NCBI GenBank assembly: GCA_964016885.1
Contig: OZ024746.1
Coordinates: 75,020,001 to 75,084,000 of the forward strand
Direction: 5' to 3'
From: Eledone cirrhosa
Lineage: Eukaryota
Length of the DNA: 64,000 bases
The notes beneath the pieces were generated by a model that was given only the letters and a program-made list of their open reading frames with translations, did no database searches and had not been told where the DNA came from. Of the stretch, positions 29,681 to 43,700 are shown piece after piece. The first letter of the stretch is position 1, and each line of letters starts with the position of its first letter. The translations under genes were made by a program, and so were the position numbers.

Positions 29681-29889
29681 GGAGGGTCTGTGATTTTTCA
29701 CAGACCTACCATCTCAACTCTACTTTTGAAAAGCAGAAGAACTGCGAAACCAGTAAAGGAACCAAATAAATATAAATATATTTTTTTAAATAAGACTCCA
29801 GCTGCATTTTCGATTTCATCTTTTTTTCTTTATACTTTCACTCGTGTAGGACACCTCGGTTGTTTTTCATTTTGTAAAACAAACCTCAC

Positions 29890-29937
<48 letters not shown>

Positions 29938-29940
<3 letters not shown>

Positions 29941-30202
29941 GATAAATCTACCAAGAGTTTACGGTAGTGTCCAATCCGTATGAAGAACTCAATGTAATCC
30001 GGATATCATGGAAAGAAGAGATGCATTCAAAAATCACTTTCGGTGAAAGATAAACGGAATACAGAGTCAAGATAAAGAATTAAAAAAATAATGAATAAAA
30101 CAATGAAACAGTTCCTTATATTAAACAAAATATTTAATATGAGGAACTTTTTTTGTTTAATATAAGGAACTGTTTCATTGTTTTATTTATTATTTTTTTA
30201 AT

Positions 30203-30210
<8 letters not shown>
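29938..30210. mobile_element. Fold-back element in (TA)n, 'AAATCTACCAA' family
   Basis: Inverted arms ~30070-30130 / 30150-30208. The 5' motif recurs at 25885-25975 (-), 30786-30840 and 63257-63315. Confidence 0.6.
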
Positions 30211-30239
<29 letters not shown>

Positions 30240-30287
30240 ATACTTGGGGATTTCATATCAAAAACCTCGCAAAACTAATCATCGCCG

Positions 30288-30364
<77 letters not shown>

Positions 30365-30368
<4 letters not shown>

Positions 30369-30732
30369 GAGGGTCATGGTGTCAATAAAAACACACGCAC
30401 CTGTTTGTTTTCACTTCAACTTATTATAAATTTCCGGTTGGTTGGTTGGCTGGTTGATTCGATAACCGGATAGTTTTTATATATTGTTCTCTGACTTCCT
30501 CAGTGACTAGGTTATTGAACCAACCAACCAACTGGACATTTATGATAAATTGAAGTGAAAACCAACAGGTGCGTGTGTTTTTATTGGCAGCATGACTCCC
30601 CTAAAGTATAACAATATCTGTTTCAACACACGTTTTCAGACAAGAAATCTTGCAAAACAAATTAAAAAACAAAGTATATATATATATATGTATATATATT
30701 GTTATACTTTGGGAGGGTCATGTTGCCAATAA
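30365..30732. mobile_element. Inverted pseudo-LTR pair of the Penelope family found at 14525-17280
   Basis: 30515-30672 aligns with 17095-17280; 30365-30510 is the inverted copy, including a GTCACTGAGGA remnant. Confidence 0.75.
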
Positions 30733-30736
30733 TATA

Positions 30737-30791
<55 letters not shown>

Positions 30792-30912
30792 CTACCAAAA
30801 TATACGGTAGTGTCCAATCCGTATGAAGAACTCAATGTAAATTTGTTTTTATTCATTATTTTTATTAATTTATATATATATATATTTATATATATATATT
30901 TATATATATATA

Positions 30913-31007
<95 letters not shown>

Positions 31008-31218
31008 AGATGTGTGTGTGTGTGTGTGTGTACACATATACATGTATGTATATATGTATAACGCATCATATAAAATATAAGATATACATCGTTACTTTGG
31101 TTATTGAGACTTCGATTATAAATATATTTCTCTGAAATAAAATTAAAAGTATTTTCGAATTAATTTCATCTTGATTTACCTACTGGCGTTTTAAATAATT
31201 TAGAATAAATGGACAAAG

Positions 31219-31335
31219 CCCACTGAAGATCCTTATACCAATTCCGTGTTAATACAACCGATTGTTGGAATATACATGTATATACGTAATTATTAACAGC
31301 AGTCCGGCTTCTGGTGAAACTGTCGCTAGTTTGGG
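31219..31335 (+). ncRNA. Candidate hammerhead with long stem II
   Basis: CCCA CTGAAGA (~86 nt) GAAA CTG tcgc TAG TT TGGG; stem I CCCA/TGGG; stem II closure is unclear. Confidence 0.4.
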
Positions 31336-32031
31336 TAATTATTCAACTTTTTTTTATGTTTCACTGACTCACCTAATTGCCCATCGTTTAATGTTAGCGT
31401 ATTAATTTTTGTTGACGACCATAATTAGTTTGTAGGATATAACAATAATATTGATGTTTTCATTGAATGATGTAATGATCGTTAGTTACTGATCATATTA
31501 AACTGATTACTCTATGAATTTGTTCAATGTTGCCAAGTTACTACCGATTCCACAGAGAAATACTCTGCAACTAATTAACCCCAGTTAACATTGAGTAGGA
31601 GAGTGTGTGGAATAATGTTCCAGTGCCATGCATGCGTGAAGTACCTTGTGGTATTGTGATGTCGTCAACCTATCAATGTATATATATATATATGGTATTA
31701 GTATTGGTGCTCTGAGATAGCGATGTATAGATAAATATATGTATAGTATATTTGGCAATATAGTTTCTGTTTAATTTAAAACATTTAGAACACCATTCGC
31801 TATGAGCTTTACTTTACTTTACTTTACTTTACTTTACTTTATGTCACTTACTTATTCTCGGCAAATAAACACTCACAAGCGAGAAACAGACTGTTTGTCG
31901 ACCACTCTCTATTGCTATTTGCCAAGAATAAGTAAGTGACATAGTCACTACTTTAAAACTCATAGCGAATGGTCTTCTAAATGTTTTTAATTAAACATAC
32001 AGTATATTGCGAAATATACTATACATACATT

Positions 32032-32148
<117 letters not shown>

Positions 32149-32340
32149 AAAACGATTATTAGGAAAAAAAATGTTTCCTTTATTTTTCTCTTTTTTCTGG
32201 GTTAGAAAATGTTTATTTTACTTTGTAATTAACAATAGCATTTATTTATTTATTTATTTAATAATTGTCAATTACCGGTTTTTCTCTCCCACTCACAATT
32301 TGATAATGCATAAAATACTGAAACCGGTAATTGACAATTA

Positions 32341-32376
<36 letters not shown>

Positions 32377-32578
32377 ATGCTATTGTTAATTAATAAATAA
32401 ATTAACTAATACCTTAACACTTCACGCAAAGTAAAATATTTTGTTTTAAACATTTTCTAAACCAGAAAAAAGAGAAAAAATAAAGGAAAAAATATATTTT
32501 TCTTCCTAGTAATCGTTTTTTTCTCCCTATTTACATATACATATATTCCAACCTCGTGTGCTCCTCCTCCACATTTTA

Positions 32579-32666
<88 letters not shown>

Positions 32667-32796
32667 GAGGTTATATTTAATTTGTTGGGATTCAACAAGC
32701 TTAAACATTTTTATAACTGTATAAAGCACTCAACAATTTAGTGGAGTAAATATACAATATATTAACAAATGGAAACTATATTTATAAAACCATATT

Positions 32797-32862
32797 TATT
32801 TTATTATACATATTTCAAGGGACACCAAGGCAAATTATGGTGCGCTTTCATCAGATAAAATA
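32797..32862 (-). ncRNA. Minimal type-I hammerhead ribozyme
   Basis: TATTTTAT CTGATGA AAG c GCACCA taatttgcct TGGTGT cc CTT GAAA TATGTA TA ATAAAATA: 8-bp stem I, intact core, AUA cleavage triplet. Confidence 0.75.
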
Positions 32863-33092
32863 CAATACAGATTTGTTTTATAAATAAATATTGACATACC
32901 CTGAAAAAAGACAACCTTAATGATTGGAGCTTCCTGGATAGTGGAGATATTACATTTATTGAGGGTGATAGAAAATGATGATTGGGTATGCAAATGAGTG
33001 CCCGAAAGATTGAAAAGATAACGGTTTATTTAAATTAAACTGTTGTAAGAAGGTGATATGGTTTTATAAATATAGTTTCCATTTGTTAATAT

Positions 33093-33180
<88 letters not shown>

Positions 33181-33400
33181 TTCAAAATATTAACAAAAAT
33201 AGACATATTAACATAAAATAAGATGATCCATGACATACCCTAACTAAGTAGATGGTTAAAATTCAGTCATGGCAGTCTGAACGTGTCACTCGGACTAGGA
33301 TTCGAATCCAAGACATCGAAAGTCTCGTTAACGGTACATTCAATACTGCCATGACTGAATGTTAACCATCTACTTAGTCAGGGTATGTCATGCATCATCT

Positions 33401-33467
33401 TATTTTATCTGATGAGAACGTACTGTTGAAGATAGCTCAGTAGCTCTGAAATATGTATAATAAAATA
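33401..33467 (+). ncRNA. Minimal type-I hammerhead ribozyme
   Basis: TATTTTAT CTGATGA GAacg TACTG ttgaagatagct CAGTA gcTCt GAAA TATGTA TA ATAAAATA. Confidence 0.7.
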
Positions 33468-35654
33468 TACTTGATCACACGAATGTCTATTTTTTTTTAT
33501 ATTTTGAATTAATATTAATAACTCCGGAAAACCAATCCTGTGGAGTGCTTCTAATCTATTGTAAAACTTTATTCTTTGATTTATTCATTGAACCTTGTTT
33601 AACCTTTTAATATATATATATAATTTAAAAGTCATATAAATATGTATGTGTGTGTGCGCGCGCATGAGTGGGTTTTTATTTATGTTTGCGTTTACCATTT
33701 TCCTATATCGCTTAACCTAGTGTTTCAACATATAGAGATCTAAAATATAACAGCCAGACTTGAAACAATACTTGGTAGGTTCGACTAGATACCTTCAGGT
33801 TGGTACTCCTGTATGTCCATGGTCTGAAAGCAGTAAAATAATAAAATATAATTAAAGAATATTTTCCTGAAAGATATGTCCTCCGGCTGCTACGAATGTA
33901 CCATTAACGAGACTTTCGATGTCGTGGTTTCAAATCCTAGTCCGAGTGACACGTTGAATTCTGAAGGAACATACTTTATTCAACGTTGTTCCAATCAGCT
34001 TGGCAGAAAATAAGGAAAAGCTGTAGATTTGTCTGTGATGGTGGTGGTGGGGCTTCCTGTTCGGGATAGACGTCTAGTACTTTCATTCGCCTAACACCCA
34101 TGGAACGGGAATATGATCCGGGCTTGGGATAGTCATTAACCTATTTTAAATAATGTACAAAAAAATATATATAATAAATTGTTCCACATGTAATTGAAAG
34201 TTCAATACAATCTTTTTTTTTTTTTTACATTACGAACCTCAATTATTAGAGAGACTCTCAAGGAATCCCGAAACCTGATATTACAGGATATGAGCTCCAA
34301 ATATTACTGAGAGATTTATAAAGAACGTTTAAACTTAATAATGTAACGAGTACATATGCACATATTTTTATGTACCTTGATTAAAAATATCTATACTATT
34401 TTATTATAAAACGATAAAATAAAAGTACCAGTAATGCACTGGGTAATTGCTGGCCTTGTGCCTAAAGTAGAAACAATTATAAAATTAACATTATATCCAA
34501 TAGTGAAATAACGTTTCTTTAAATCGTCTCAGTCACTTTGACATATAATGTTTTATTTAGATGCTGGATAACTGTACGCCGGTATTGAAAGAATGTTTCT
34601 TCAGATAATTTTGAATATCTACGAAAGCTATATTTGAGATTACGTTAAATTAATTCTGGCCTCAAAACCAACAGATACAAGTATTATATCATAGTGTTAC
34701 CTATTATTGCTTTGAAAATGCAAAGAAACGTTATTTCAAAAGTGGACGAAGATTGGTAAAGATATCTGCCCATAATGCCATGTAGTAGGATCGAACCGGT
34801 TGTTAATCATCCAACCATAACTGCGTTCTATTTTAGCACACTTAATTTAGGCTTCTAGGAATAACAAATATTATTTAAAATAACAACATATTAAAGTGGA
34901 ACGTGACGAAGAATGTCAAGAAAACTTTACGAACAAGTATTTCCTTTAAAGAACACCTAAAACATTTTGGTGAATCCTTTAGATTCATAGGAAACCTAGT
35001 TAACTATTGTAAATTAAGGGATTCTTTTACTTTTCATGTTATAGTCCATTCTATTTTCTCGGCTATCTACTCCGCCAATCTAATTATACATTGCTAAATA
35101 TACACAATTGGAGAAAATCAATTCCAACTAACAGTTTCATAATTCTCAATAACATCTTCACGTTTATTATAGTGAACTAGCAGAAAAACTACCCGAAGTG
35201 TGGTGTACATATTGATATTATACGCAAATATATATGCATGTAGATATGATACGTCAAATGAAATCGTAATTGACAATATGCACAGAAACTGAACGAAGTC
35301 TGTGTTACATTCTCTTCTGTAATCAGTAAAGTAATCCATGATACATTAAGAAAAAACGATATTATATATAAACTGCATATATAATAAACTAAAACGCTAT
35401 CAAAACGAAAAAGGAGAAAGTTAGTGACGGAAATGTAAACCATGTATAACGATGCAAATATATGCAAATATAAGTGATGTAATATGTGTTATAATATAAC
35501 GGACGCTAACCGGAAGTGTTGACATCTGAAAATTTTGAAGAAGTGAATTTTAAAATAAGCAATACTTTATATATAAGAATATTTATGTTTAATCAAGAGC
35601 TACGAAATTTAGTAGATAAATTACATAATATTCATTCATTATTTATTCAAAGTA

Positions 35655-36165
35655 TTACGGCCCATTATGGTCTGAGTTCAAATTCCGCCGAGGTTAACTT
35701 TGCCTTTCATCCTTACGGGGTCGATAAAATAAAGTACCAGTAATGTACTGGGTAATTGCTGGCCTTGTGCCCAAAGTAGAAAGAATTATTTATTCAAAGT
35801 AATCCACCTTATTTTACTAATGGGATAAAAAAATATCAAACGGACGCTATCCCGCACTCCTCTCTTTATTCTATTATAGATATAGCACAATATTATTGAA
35901 GTTATTGATCACACGTATAATCAATGGGATGAAGGAATTTAATTGTATTTTGTTTATATTATCTTAAAGTGTAGGTGGATTGGCAGTATCGGTAGAGGGT
36001 CGGACGCCATGCTTTGCAGCAAATAGTTACGGCCCTTTATGGTCTGAGTTCAAATCCTGCCGAGGTTAACTTTGTCTTTCATCATTACGGGGTCGATAAA
36101 ATAAAGTACCAGTAAATCACTGGGATAATTGCTGGCCTTGTACCAAAAGTAGAATCAATTATTTT
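35655..36165 (+). mobile_element. Two SINEs with target-site duplications
   Basis: 5'-truncated copy 35655-35785 flanked by attatttattcaaagta direct repeats; copy 35974-36163 flanked by ttaaagtgta. Confidence 0.85.
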
Positions 36166-36659
36166 AAAGTGTATCGTGGTGATGGTAGTGGCGGTTAAAC
36201 TCCGCCTTTAAAAAAAAAACATTTATCTACATAAATACATATTTCTCATCAGTGAAGACAACTTTAATTTTATTGTGAACCGGTTTGTCGACAAATTGTA
36301 ATATTTATGAAATACTACAAAAATATTAGGAAAGAGAAATTAATTAACCACGACAACAATAGATTATTTCCTATAACTTGGACTCGTTCAACATCAGTCA
36401 GAATATATTGAATGTATTTGAACTTGATAGTATTTACGATAATTACATAAGTTTACAACGTCTGTTCAAAATTATGTATCAGAATTTACACAAATTATCA
36501 AAATGGTGCACTACAAAAATTGTCCTTTACGTCGAATTGGTGGTCTAAGTATATAGGTCTAATTACATGCAACTTCACCGACTTGGCTGATGACATACGG
36601 AGTGTTTTGTTTGTTAGAAATACGTCCGAATGTTCTTATTGTTACTTAGTATCACATTA

Positions 36660-37515
36660 ACGGTAGTAGATTGGCAGTATCGGTAGAGCGCCGGGTATCC
36701 TGCTTCATGGTATACAGTTACGACTCTTTACGTTCTGTGTTCAAATCCTGCCGAGGCTAGCTTTGCGTTTCATCCTTACAGGGTCGATAAAATAAAGTAC
36801 CAGTAATGCACTGACGTGGATTTAATCGACTTTTCCTTTCCCCAAAATTCCTAGTCTTGTGCCTAAATCATAAACCATTATTTAAGATCAAATTAGGACG
36901 GTGAATTGGCAGTATCGGTAGAGCGTCGGACACTTTGCTTTGCGGCATGGAGTTACGGCCCTTTACGTTCTGAGTTCAAATCCCGCTGGAGTTAGCTTAT
37001 GAGATCAATCAAATGAAGTACCAGTAACGCACAGGGACTGATTTTATTGACTTTCCCGGCACACAAATTTTTGGCCTCGTGCTTAAATCAGAAACAATTA
37101 TTTAGTATCAAATTAAAAGGGCGGTCGATTCTGCCAATCGACCGCCCAGAATCGTTAGAGTGTCAGATAAAATGTTTCACGGTATTTGCTTAAGATTCTC
37201 AACATTTTGAGCTCAAATCCCGTTCGAGGTCAACTCTAGCTTTCATCCTTCTACCGTCGGTAAAATAACGTACCATTCAAGGACTGGTCTCGATGTAAAT
37301 GGACGTTTCCTTCCTCACAAATTAGTGGCTTTGTACCTAAATTTGAAATCATTATTTAGCATCAATAGGCGATGAATCGGTAGATTCGTTAGAACGTTGG
37401 ATATAATGTCTAGCGTTATTTATTCTGAGCTTTCAAATACCACTGAGGTCACCTTTCTTTTTCATCATTTCGTTGTCGATAAAAATGTGTCCATGTAGTA
37501 TTGAGGTTGATCCTT
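36660..37515 (+). mobile_element. Head-to-tail cluster of four long-form SINEs
   Basis: Units start at about 36660, 36896, 37146 and 37368, with increasing divergence from the consensus. Confidence 0.75.
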
Positions 37516-37541
37516 ACTCTATATATCTTTTCAATTACCGC

Positions 37542-37618
<77 letters not shown>

Positions 37619-37957
37619 TGAAATGTTCATTCGTGTAGCTTTTAGTTTTAGGTGTTTGTCACATTTGATCTTATCGTTAGCTGATGATGCCTACGGATTA
37701 TCTGTTACAAACATAATTCTCAGGGCGAAACAGATTAAATCTCTAATCTGTCCAGGAGATAAAATAGTTATTGAAACGGTCTGTACATTTCACTTTTTAT
37801 CCTGTATTTTCAGTTTGCTTCAGGTTAAATCTGTCAAACCAACGTGGTATCTTAACCCTCGTAACTTTAAACACACAATTTACTGTGTTAATTATTATAT
37901 ATATTATTATATAGTGACAAACATAAGTCAATTGCATGAACTCATAATCCTTTATTT

Positions 37958-38013
37958 ACTGCTATATATATTTCGATGATAGCCATTGAATGGCCATGAC
38001 CTCATCAAGCAGT
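37958..38013 (-). ncRNA. Hammerhead motif (U3 variant)
   Basis: ACTGC TTGATGA ggtca TGGCCAT tca ATGGCTA tcatc GAAA TATATA TA GCAGT; stem I ACTGC/GCAGT. Related 3' half at 49401-49447. Confidence 0.55.
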
Positions 38014-38094
38014 TAATCAGTTCTTAGATATGCCAGCTCTGTGTGTATAGTGTTGATGGTATCAGAGCCTTGGGACATATATATATATATATAT

Positions 38095-38277
38095 ATTGGC
38101 AGCATCGGTAGAGGGTTGGGCGCCATGCTTTCTAACATAGTTACGTCCCTTTACTGTCTAAGTTCAAATCCCGTTGAGGTTAACTTTGCCTTTCATCCTT
38201 ATGGGGTCGATAAAATAAAGTACCAGAAATGTACTGGGTAATTGCTGGCCTTGTGCCAAAAGTAGAAACAATTATTA
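38095..38277 (+). mobile_element. tRNA-derived SINE inserted in (TA)n
   Basis: Matches the SINE consensus. Confidence 0.85.
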
Positions 38278-38427
38278 TATATATATATATATATATACAT
38301 ATATATCTTTTTTATATCTTTTTTTCTCTCTCTCTTTCTCTCTCTTTTCCCTCCCTCTCTCTCCCCTCTCTCTCTCCTTTCTCTCTCTCCCCTTCTCTCC
38401 CTCTCTCTCTCTCACTCACTCACTCTA

Positions 38428-38463
<36 letters not shown>

Positions 38464-39284
38464 TCTCTCGCTTTCACAGGAAGAAATAATCAGTTGTATT
38501 TGTTGATGTTATTTTAATAGCTTTTTTAATTATATTTCACTGTCAATGTTAGGTTACAAGAGTCTTACGCAACCGACTACTGTATCTTTACAACAGATAC
38601 AAATTTATACTTCATAAAAATTATATAATAATTTACATTTCAGCAGGTTGTGCTGCCTAGCTGATGCAGCTCCTGCTCTGAGTCATGATTAGTCAGGCGT
38701 TCCACAACCACAAAAAAGACAAGTATTAAAATACGACAGACCCTACGGCTAAAATTATTATACCCTGTTAGTGAGTTTACCGATCATGACACACCACCAT
38801 TTCCTTTTCTTTGACCCTGAAATTTAAGATCAAAGGTTACTGTGAAATAACTTTTTTTTTAGCTTATGACCAAAATATTCTTTTTGAGAATATTTGAAGC
38901 TGATGCCTTAAACCGCCGTTGATCAACTTGTTTACAAATAGGTGCATTCTCTGTGCAACTGAAATATACACTCCAACCAAGAGTGTAGAGTGTTACTCAC
39001 TCTACCCCTTTTCCTTCCTTTTTCTTTTCTCTTTCCCTGTGTCACTTCTGTAAATTGTATTCGTTAAAGAACGATTCAAAGATAAACTACATATACAGGC
39101 TCCCATTCAACACCCCCCCCTCCAGATCCAGCGGAACATACCGGATGTAACAACTGGAAAGAAAAGTTGGCTGCACCAAGCCTGAACTGGGCTGGACTGG
39201 GTTGGCCTTGTACATTCTTTATCGACCACGAAAGGAGGCAAGGCATAGTGTACCTCGGCGAGATTTGAACTCGAGACGCACAGA

Positions 39285-39315
<31 letters not shown>

Positions 39316-39328
39316 ATGAATAAATGAA

Positions 39329-39363
<35 letters not shown>

Positions 39364-40291
39364 ATGAATAAATAAATAAATAAATAAATAAATAGACGAA
39401 TCATTTTATGTAGCTTTAATATTTATTTTGTTAGCAAAATGCAATATTAATAATTACAGCTTCGAAACATGTTTTGTTTAAAGAAAATCTTCGGGGTCAT
39501 TCTTGCTGAATATGGAAACCATTTCTGAAATAACAAAATATCGAAAATTAAAGAATTTAAAATTTTTCAATTAACTTTGAATCTTCAAAATAATATGACC
39601 TACGTATAAACTATCCTAGCTATATTCTTCTATACCTGTGGTACAATATTCTTAGCTATAATTCAAAGCATATATCGAAACCCAGTCGCCGAATATAAAC
39701 TTCACGAAATGAGATGGATTTATGTGTCATACATGCATCTCTAGTACTTCTTTTAGCAGACACAGGACAGATGAAATAAAAATATAACAGAAAACAGAAA
39801 AGAATAATTGTAGTTTTCCATCAAAGATTGGTTGAGAAAGTAAATGATCTTTCAGCGATTTAATATTTAGAAATATATGAGACAATCTATAATTATAATG
39901 TACGATATACGTACAAGACAAATGATGAGGAATAGACGGTTTCTGTTCTTGATGGCAATTTTTATAAACAAAACCGTCTATGAATCGAATTTTACTCTCC
40001 TCCAAAACAAAGTTTTTCTGGTAAACTGACAGAAAATAGTATTTATCATTCGTATTCGTCTTTATAATCTGAAACATATTCTCATTTTCTTCTTACTGTT
40101 GCCTGTAGAGATCTAGAACGTTTCATATGATGAAATTTAGAACATTCAATAATAAAAATAATAAAAACTGTTGTCAAAACTACGTCAAAAACCTCCGATA
40201 ATTTTCTTTTACTCTGCCCACGAGGAATCTATTTTTTTTTTCAATATAAGAAAGAGTTCTGATAGAATGAAACAAAAAGAAATCCCTTACA

Positions 40292-40640
40292 TTATATTCT
40301 GCATCCTGATTTAGCTGGTTCGGTACATCTTTGTTCTTGGACATTAAAGAAAAGACCGGATTGGCATGCCATGGAAGGATATGAGGTTCGGTTGTGGCAA
40401 GGAATAAATCTAGTACAATCTCTGGGGTCACGGTTATTTCCAAATGGATATTGGTTACAGATAGGATCATCTGAAAAGATATATTTGAATGTTTATAAAT
40501 GCCGTGTAATTAGTTATTTTGTTAGTTTCTATATATTCTTTAAAATACTTTTCATGTAATAAAGCATTAGATAATTTCAAAATTTAATATAAAACAATTT
40601 TAAAAAGTCCTTTTATATGGTCACATACACACACATACGC

Positions 40641-40729
<89 letters not shown>

Positions 40730-43700
40730 CGTGTGTTGCATACAATCGTTTCAATACTGTATGACAATGCGTTAGGGAGACATGTGCTTTAAAAATCACT
40801 ATATAATATCTCATGAAGGATTAGGAAACGTTTGAATAAAGAATGTGAATAACGAAACAGAAAAAAAAAATTTTCTTTCTATCTTCAAGGAGATCATCAG
40901 CTTAATTAAAGAAACATATGTGGTGTCAACGGATAGTAAGGAATAACATTAGTTCTTTGTCAGAAATGATAACAATATTTTAATTTCAAATTCCAAAATG
41001 CAATCATGTGCTCTCAACACGAAATCCTAGATGTGGAATCTCTTGAAATACATCTTAGTAAAATGTGACACTATTCAAAGAGAAAAATACTAGGTCATGA
41101 GCCAACATAATATGTTAGAAACTACTACCAAATCTCCTTCAAATACTATCTTAAAAGAAAGGTATATGTAGTGGTCCTGTATCTGCTTTGTCTGAATATA
41201 AGATGAAATTAGCAGATCTGTTAAATCATTGCTGACCTTGGGCTAAACAACAAGAACAGCAACAACAGTTAGGAGATTATTATCATCACTGAAAGAAATA
41301 AACAAGTATCTCATGTCTTTTATTCCAGCAATCAAACGAAATCAATCTTTCAACGTAAAATATATTTATATATTTTTCAAATATGCACACGAAAAATATT
41401 GAAAACTCCATAGACTCAGTTGAAAAGTATATCTTTGCTACATCCCACGGCAATGAAGGCTGCAAATAACAGCCAACGATATATGCTAGACTTGCTATTT
41501 CAAACCATTCCTCAAAGGACTCATTCCTCAGATGTGATGGACTCATCTCGATTTAGCAGGGAAATACGCAGTCCGGGAAACGAGAACTCAACAATGATCG
41601 GCCCGAAAATGTATCTCACCGATAATGATTTGTATTTATCTATCATTTGCTCCTTTGATTTGCGGGCGCTAATTCTTTCTTTTTATGGCCGAAACATCGA
41701 GGTTAACAGCGGAGAACGCGTCACAATGTCTCAGATAAGTAATCCCACTCGAATAGGAAAAAGTTTTATTTCAACTCGTCTTCCATTGTTGGCGCTGAGG
41801 CCAAAAGACTAATGATGAAGGAAATATGCAACATAGAGGCCTCTTATTGTGATAGCATTCAATGTAATGCGTCGAGGGAACCTGTACAAATAATTGTTTA
41901 TACGTTTGGCACAAGGCCAGCAATTACCCAGTGCATTACTAGTACTTTATTTTATCGAAAAGTGAATGTTCTAGAAAATCTGATGAGCTTTTTTTTCTTT
42001 TTTTTTTTTTGGCACAGGAGGTTTAAGATACAAGTTTACACATTTTAAATGATTTTTTCCATTGTAAAATATCTTGAAAGCAAAAAATGAAATGAAACAA
42101 TAAGCATGAAGTTGTCAACAACATAATTTGCGGCATATAGTTTCGTCCCTTTACGTTCTGAGTTTAAATCCCGCCGAGGTTAGCTTTGCCTTTCATCATT
42201 AAGTGGTCGATAAAATAAAGTACCAGTAACACACTGGGGTCGACTCACTCGACTTTTCCCTCCCCTCAAATTTGTTGGCCCTGTACCTCAATCAGAAACC
42301 ATTATTCTTTTCTCATCACAAAATCATTTTCAATCTGTATTATATATTTCCGTGTATTGATTGGAACATTGAAGTAACCGATAATAATTTACATTGGCAA
42401 AGAACCACAGATTTTTAATGAAGTATAAAACCCGATGTGAGTTGACACCATCAGGCGACAGTACAAGTTTTTATCAGCCCTCGAAAAGATGAAAGGCAAT
42501 GTCGTTCTCGGTGGGATTTAAACTTAGAACGTACTACTACTACTAATAAATATTTCTACTTTTGGCACAAGGCCAGCAATTACCACAGTACATTACTGGT
42601 ACTTTATTTTATCGACCCCGTAAGGACGAAAGGCAAAGTTAACTTCGGCGGGATTTGAACTCAGACCGTAAAGGGCCGTAACTCTATGCTACAAAGCATA
42701 GCGTCCGACCCTCTACCGATACTGCCAATCCACCGCCCTCACATACAGAAAGCAATATATTGTCGATTAATCGACTCCAGGAATTGTCTAATTCTTATAT
42801 TATGGTCTTGAGAAGGTGGAAGTCAAATTTGGCCAAAATGGAATTCAATAAAAGAAGGTTAAGAGATAATACTATAAATACAGCAAGAACATTTTGACTG
42901 ATGTTTTACTGATAATGATGAATGGTTTCTCTAAGAAATAATAGTAATAATACTACTACTACTACTAATAATAATAATAGTAGTAGTACAAAACTAGGTG
43001 GAAAAGGCTAAATATTATCATAGAGGAACTGAAGCAACGCATTGTAGCAAAGAGTGCAAAAATTAGGCGATACGGGAGCAGAGTCAGTCAGTATAGACAG
43101 AACCGTATGTTTGACAACAACCAGAAGATGTTGCTTGGACAGCTTGAAGGGAAAGAAAGAGGCAACGACTTGATCCCTGAGGCGGAACAAACTAAGACAT
43201 TCTGGAGAGGAATATGGGAGCAGGATGTTAAACATAATAACCAGGCAGTGTGGATTGACACAGTACAAAAGGAGATTAGTGAACAGGCACACCAACAAAC
43301 TGATTTGAGTATCACAGTTGAAACTCTTAAGGGGCAGGCCAAAAATCTAACCAACTGGAAATCACTAGGCCCAGGTGGTGTGCAGGGGTATTGGATTAAA
43401 AATATAACATCCCTCCACCCGAAACTGACAAAAAGCCTAGAGATCTTCAAGGAGGAGGCAGATAACATCAGACAGTTGTTGAGCAAAAGTATGAAGTCCT
43501 AGAAAACAGAGTTAACATCAGCTGGAGAATCATTGGGAGGCGTGAAGATCAAGAGAGGTATCTTCCAGGGAGATAGTTTGTCCCCTCTGTTGTTTGTCCT
43601 TGCCCTGATGCCCCTGACCATTATACTGCGAAAAGTGAGAGCAGGATACAAGTTGGGAAAGGGAAAGCTTACCATCAATCACCTCCTCTTCATGGACGAT

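Noticed and set aside
37681-37781. CTGATGA...GAAACGGTC hammerhead-like pair (also 19586-19622)
   Set aside because: No convincing stem I and/or a mutated core; too degenerate to call.
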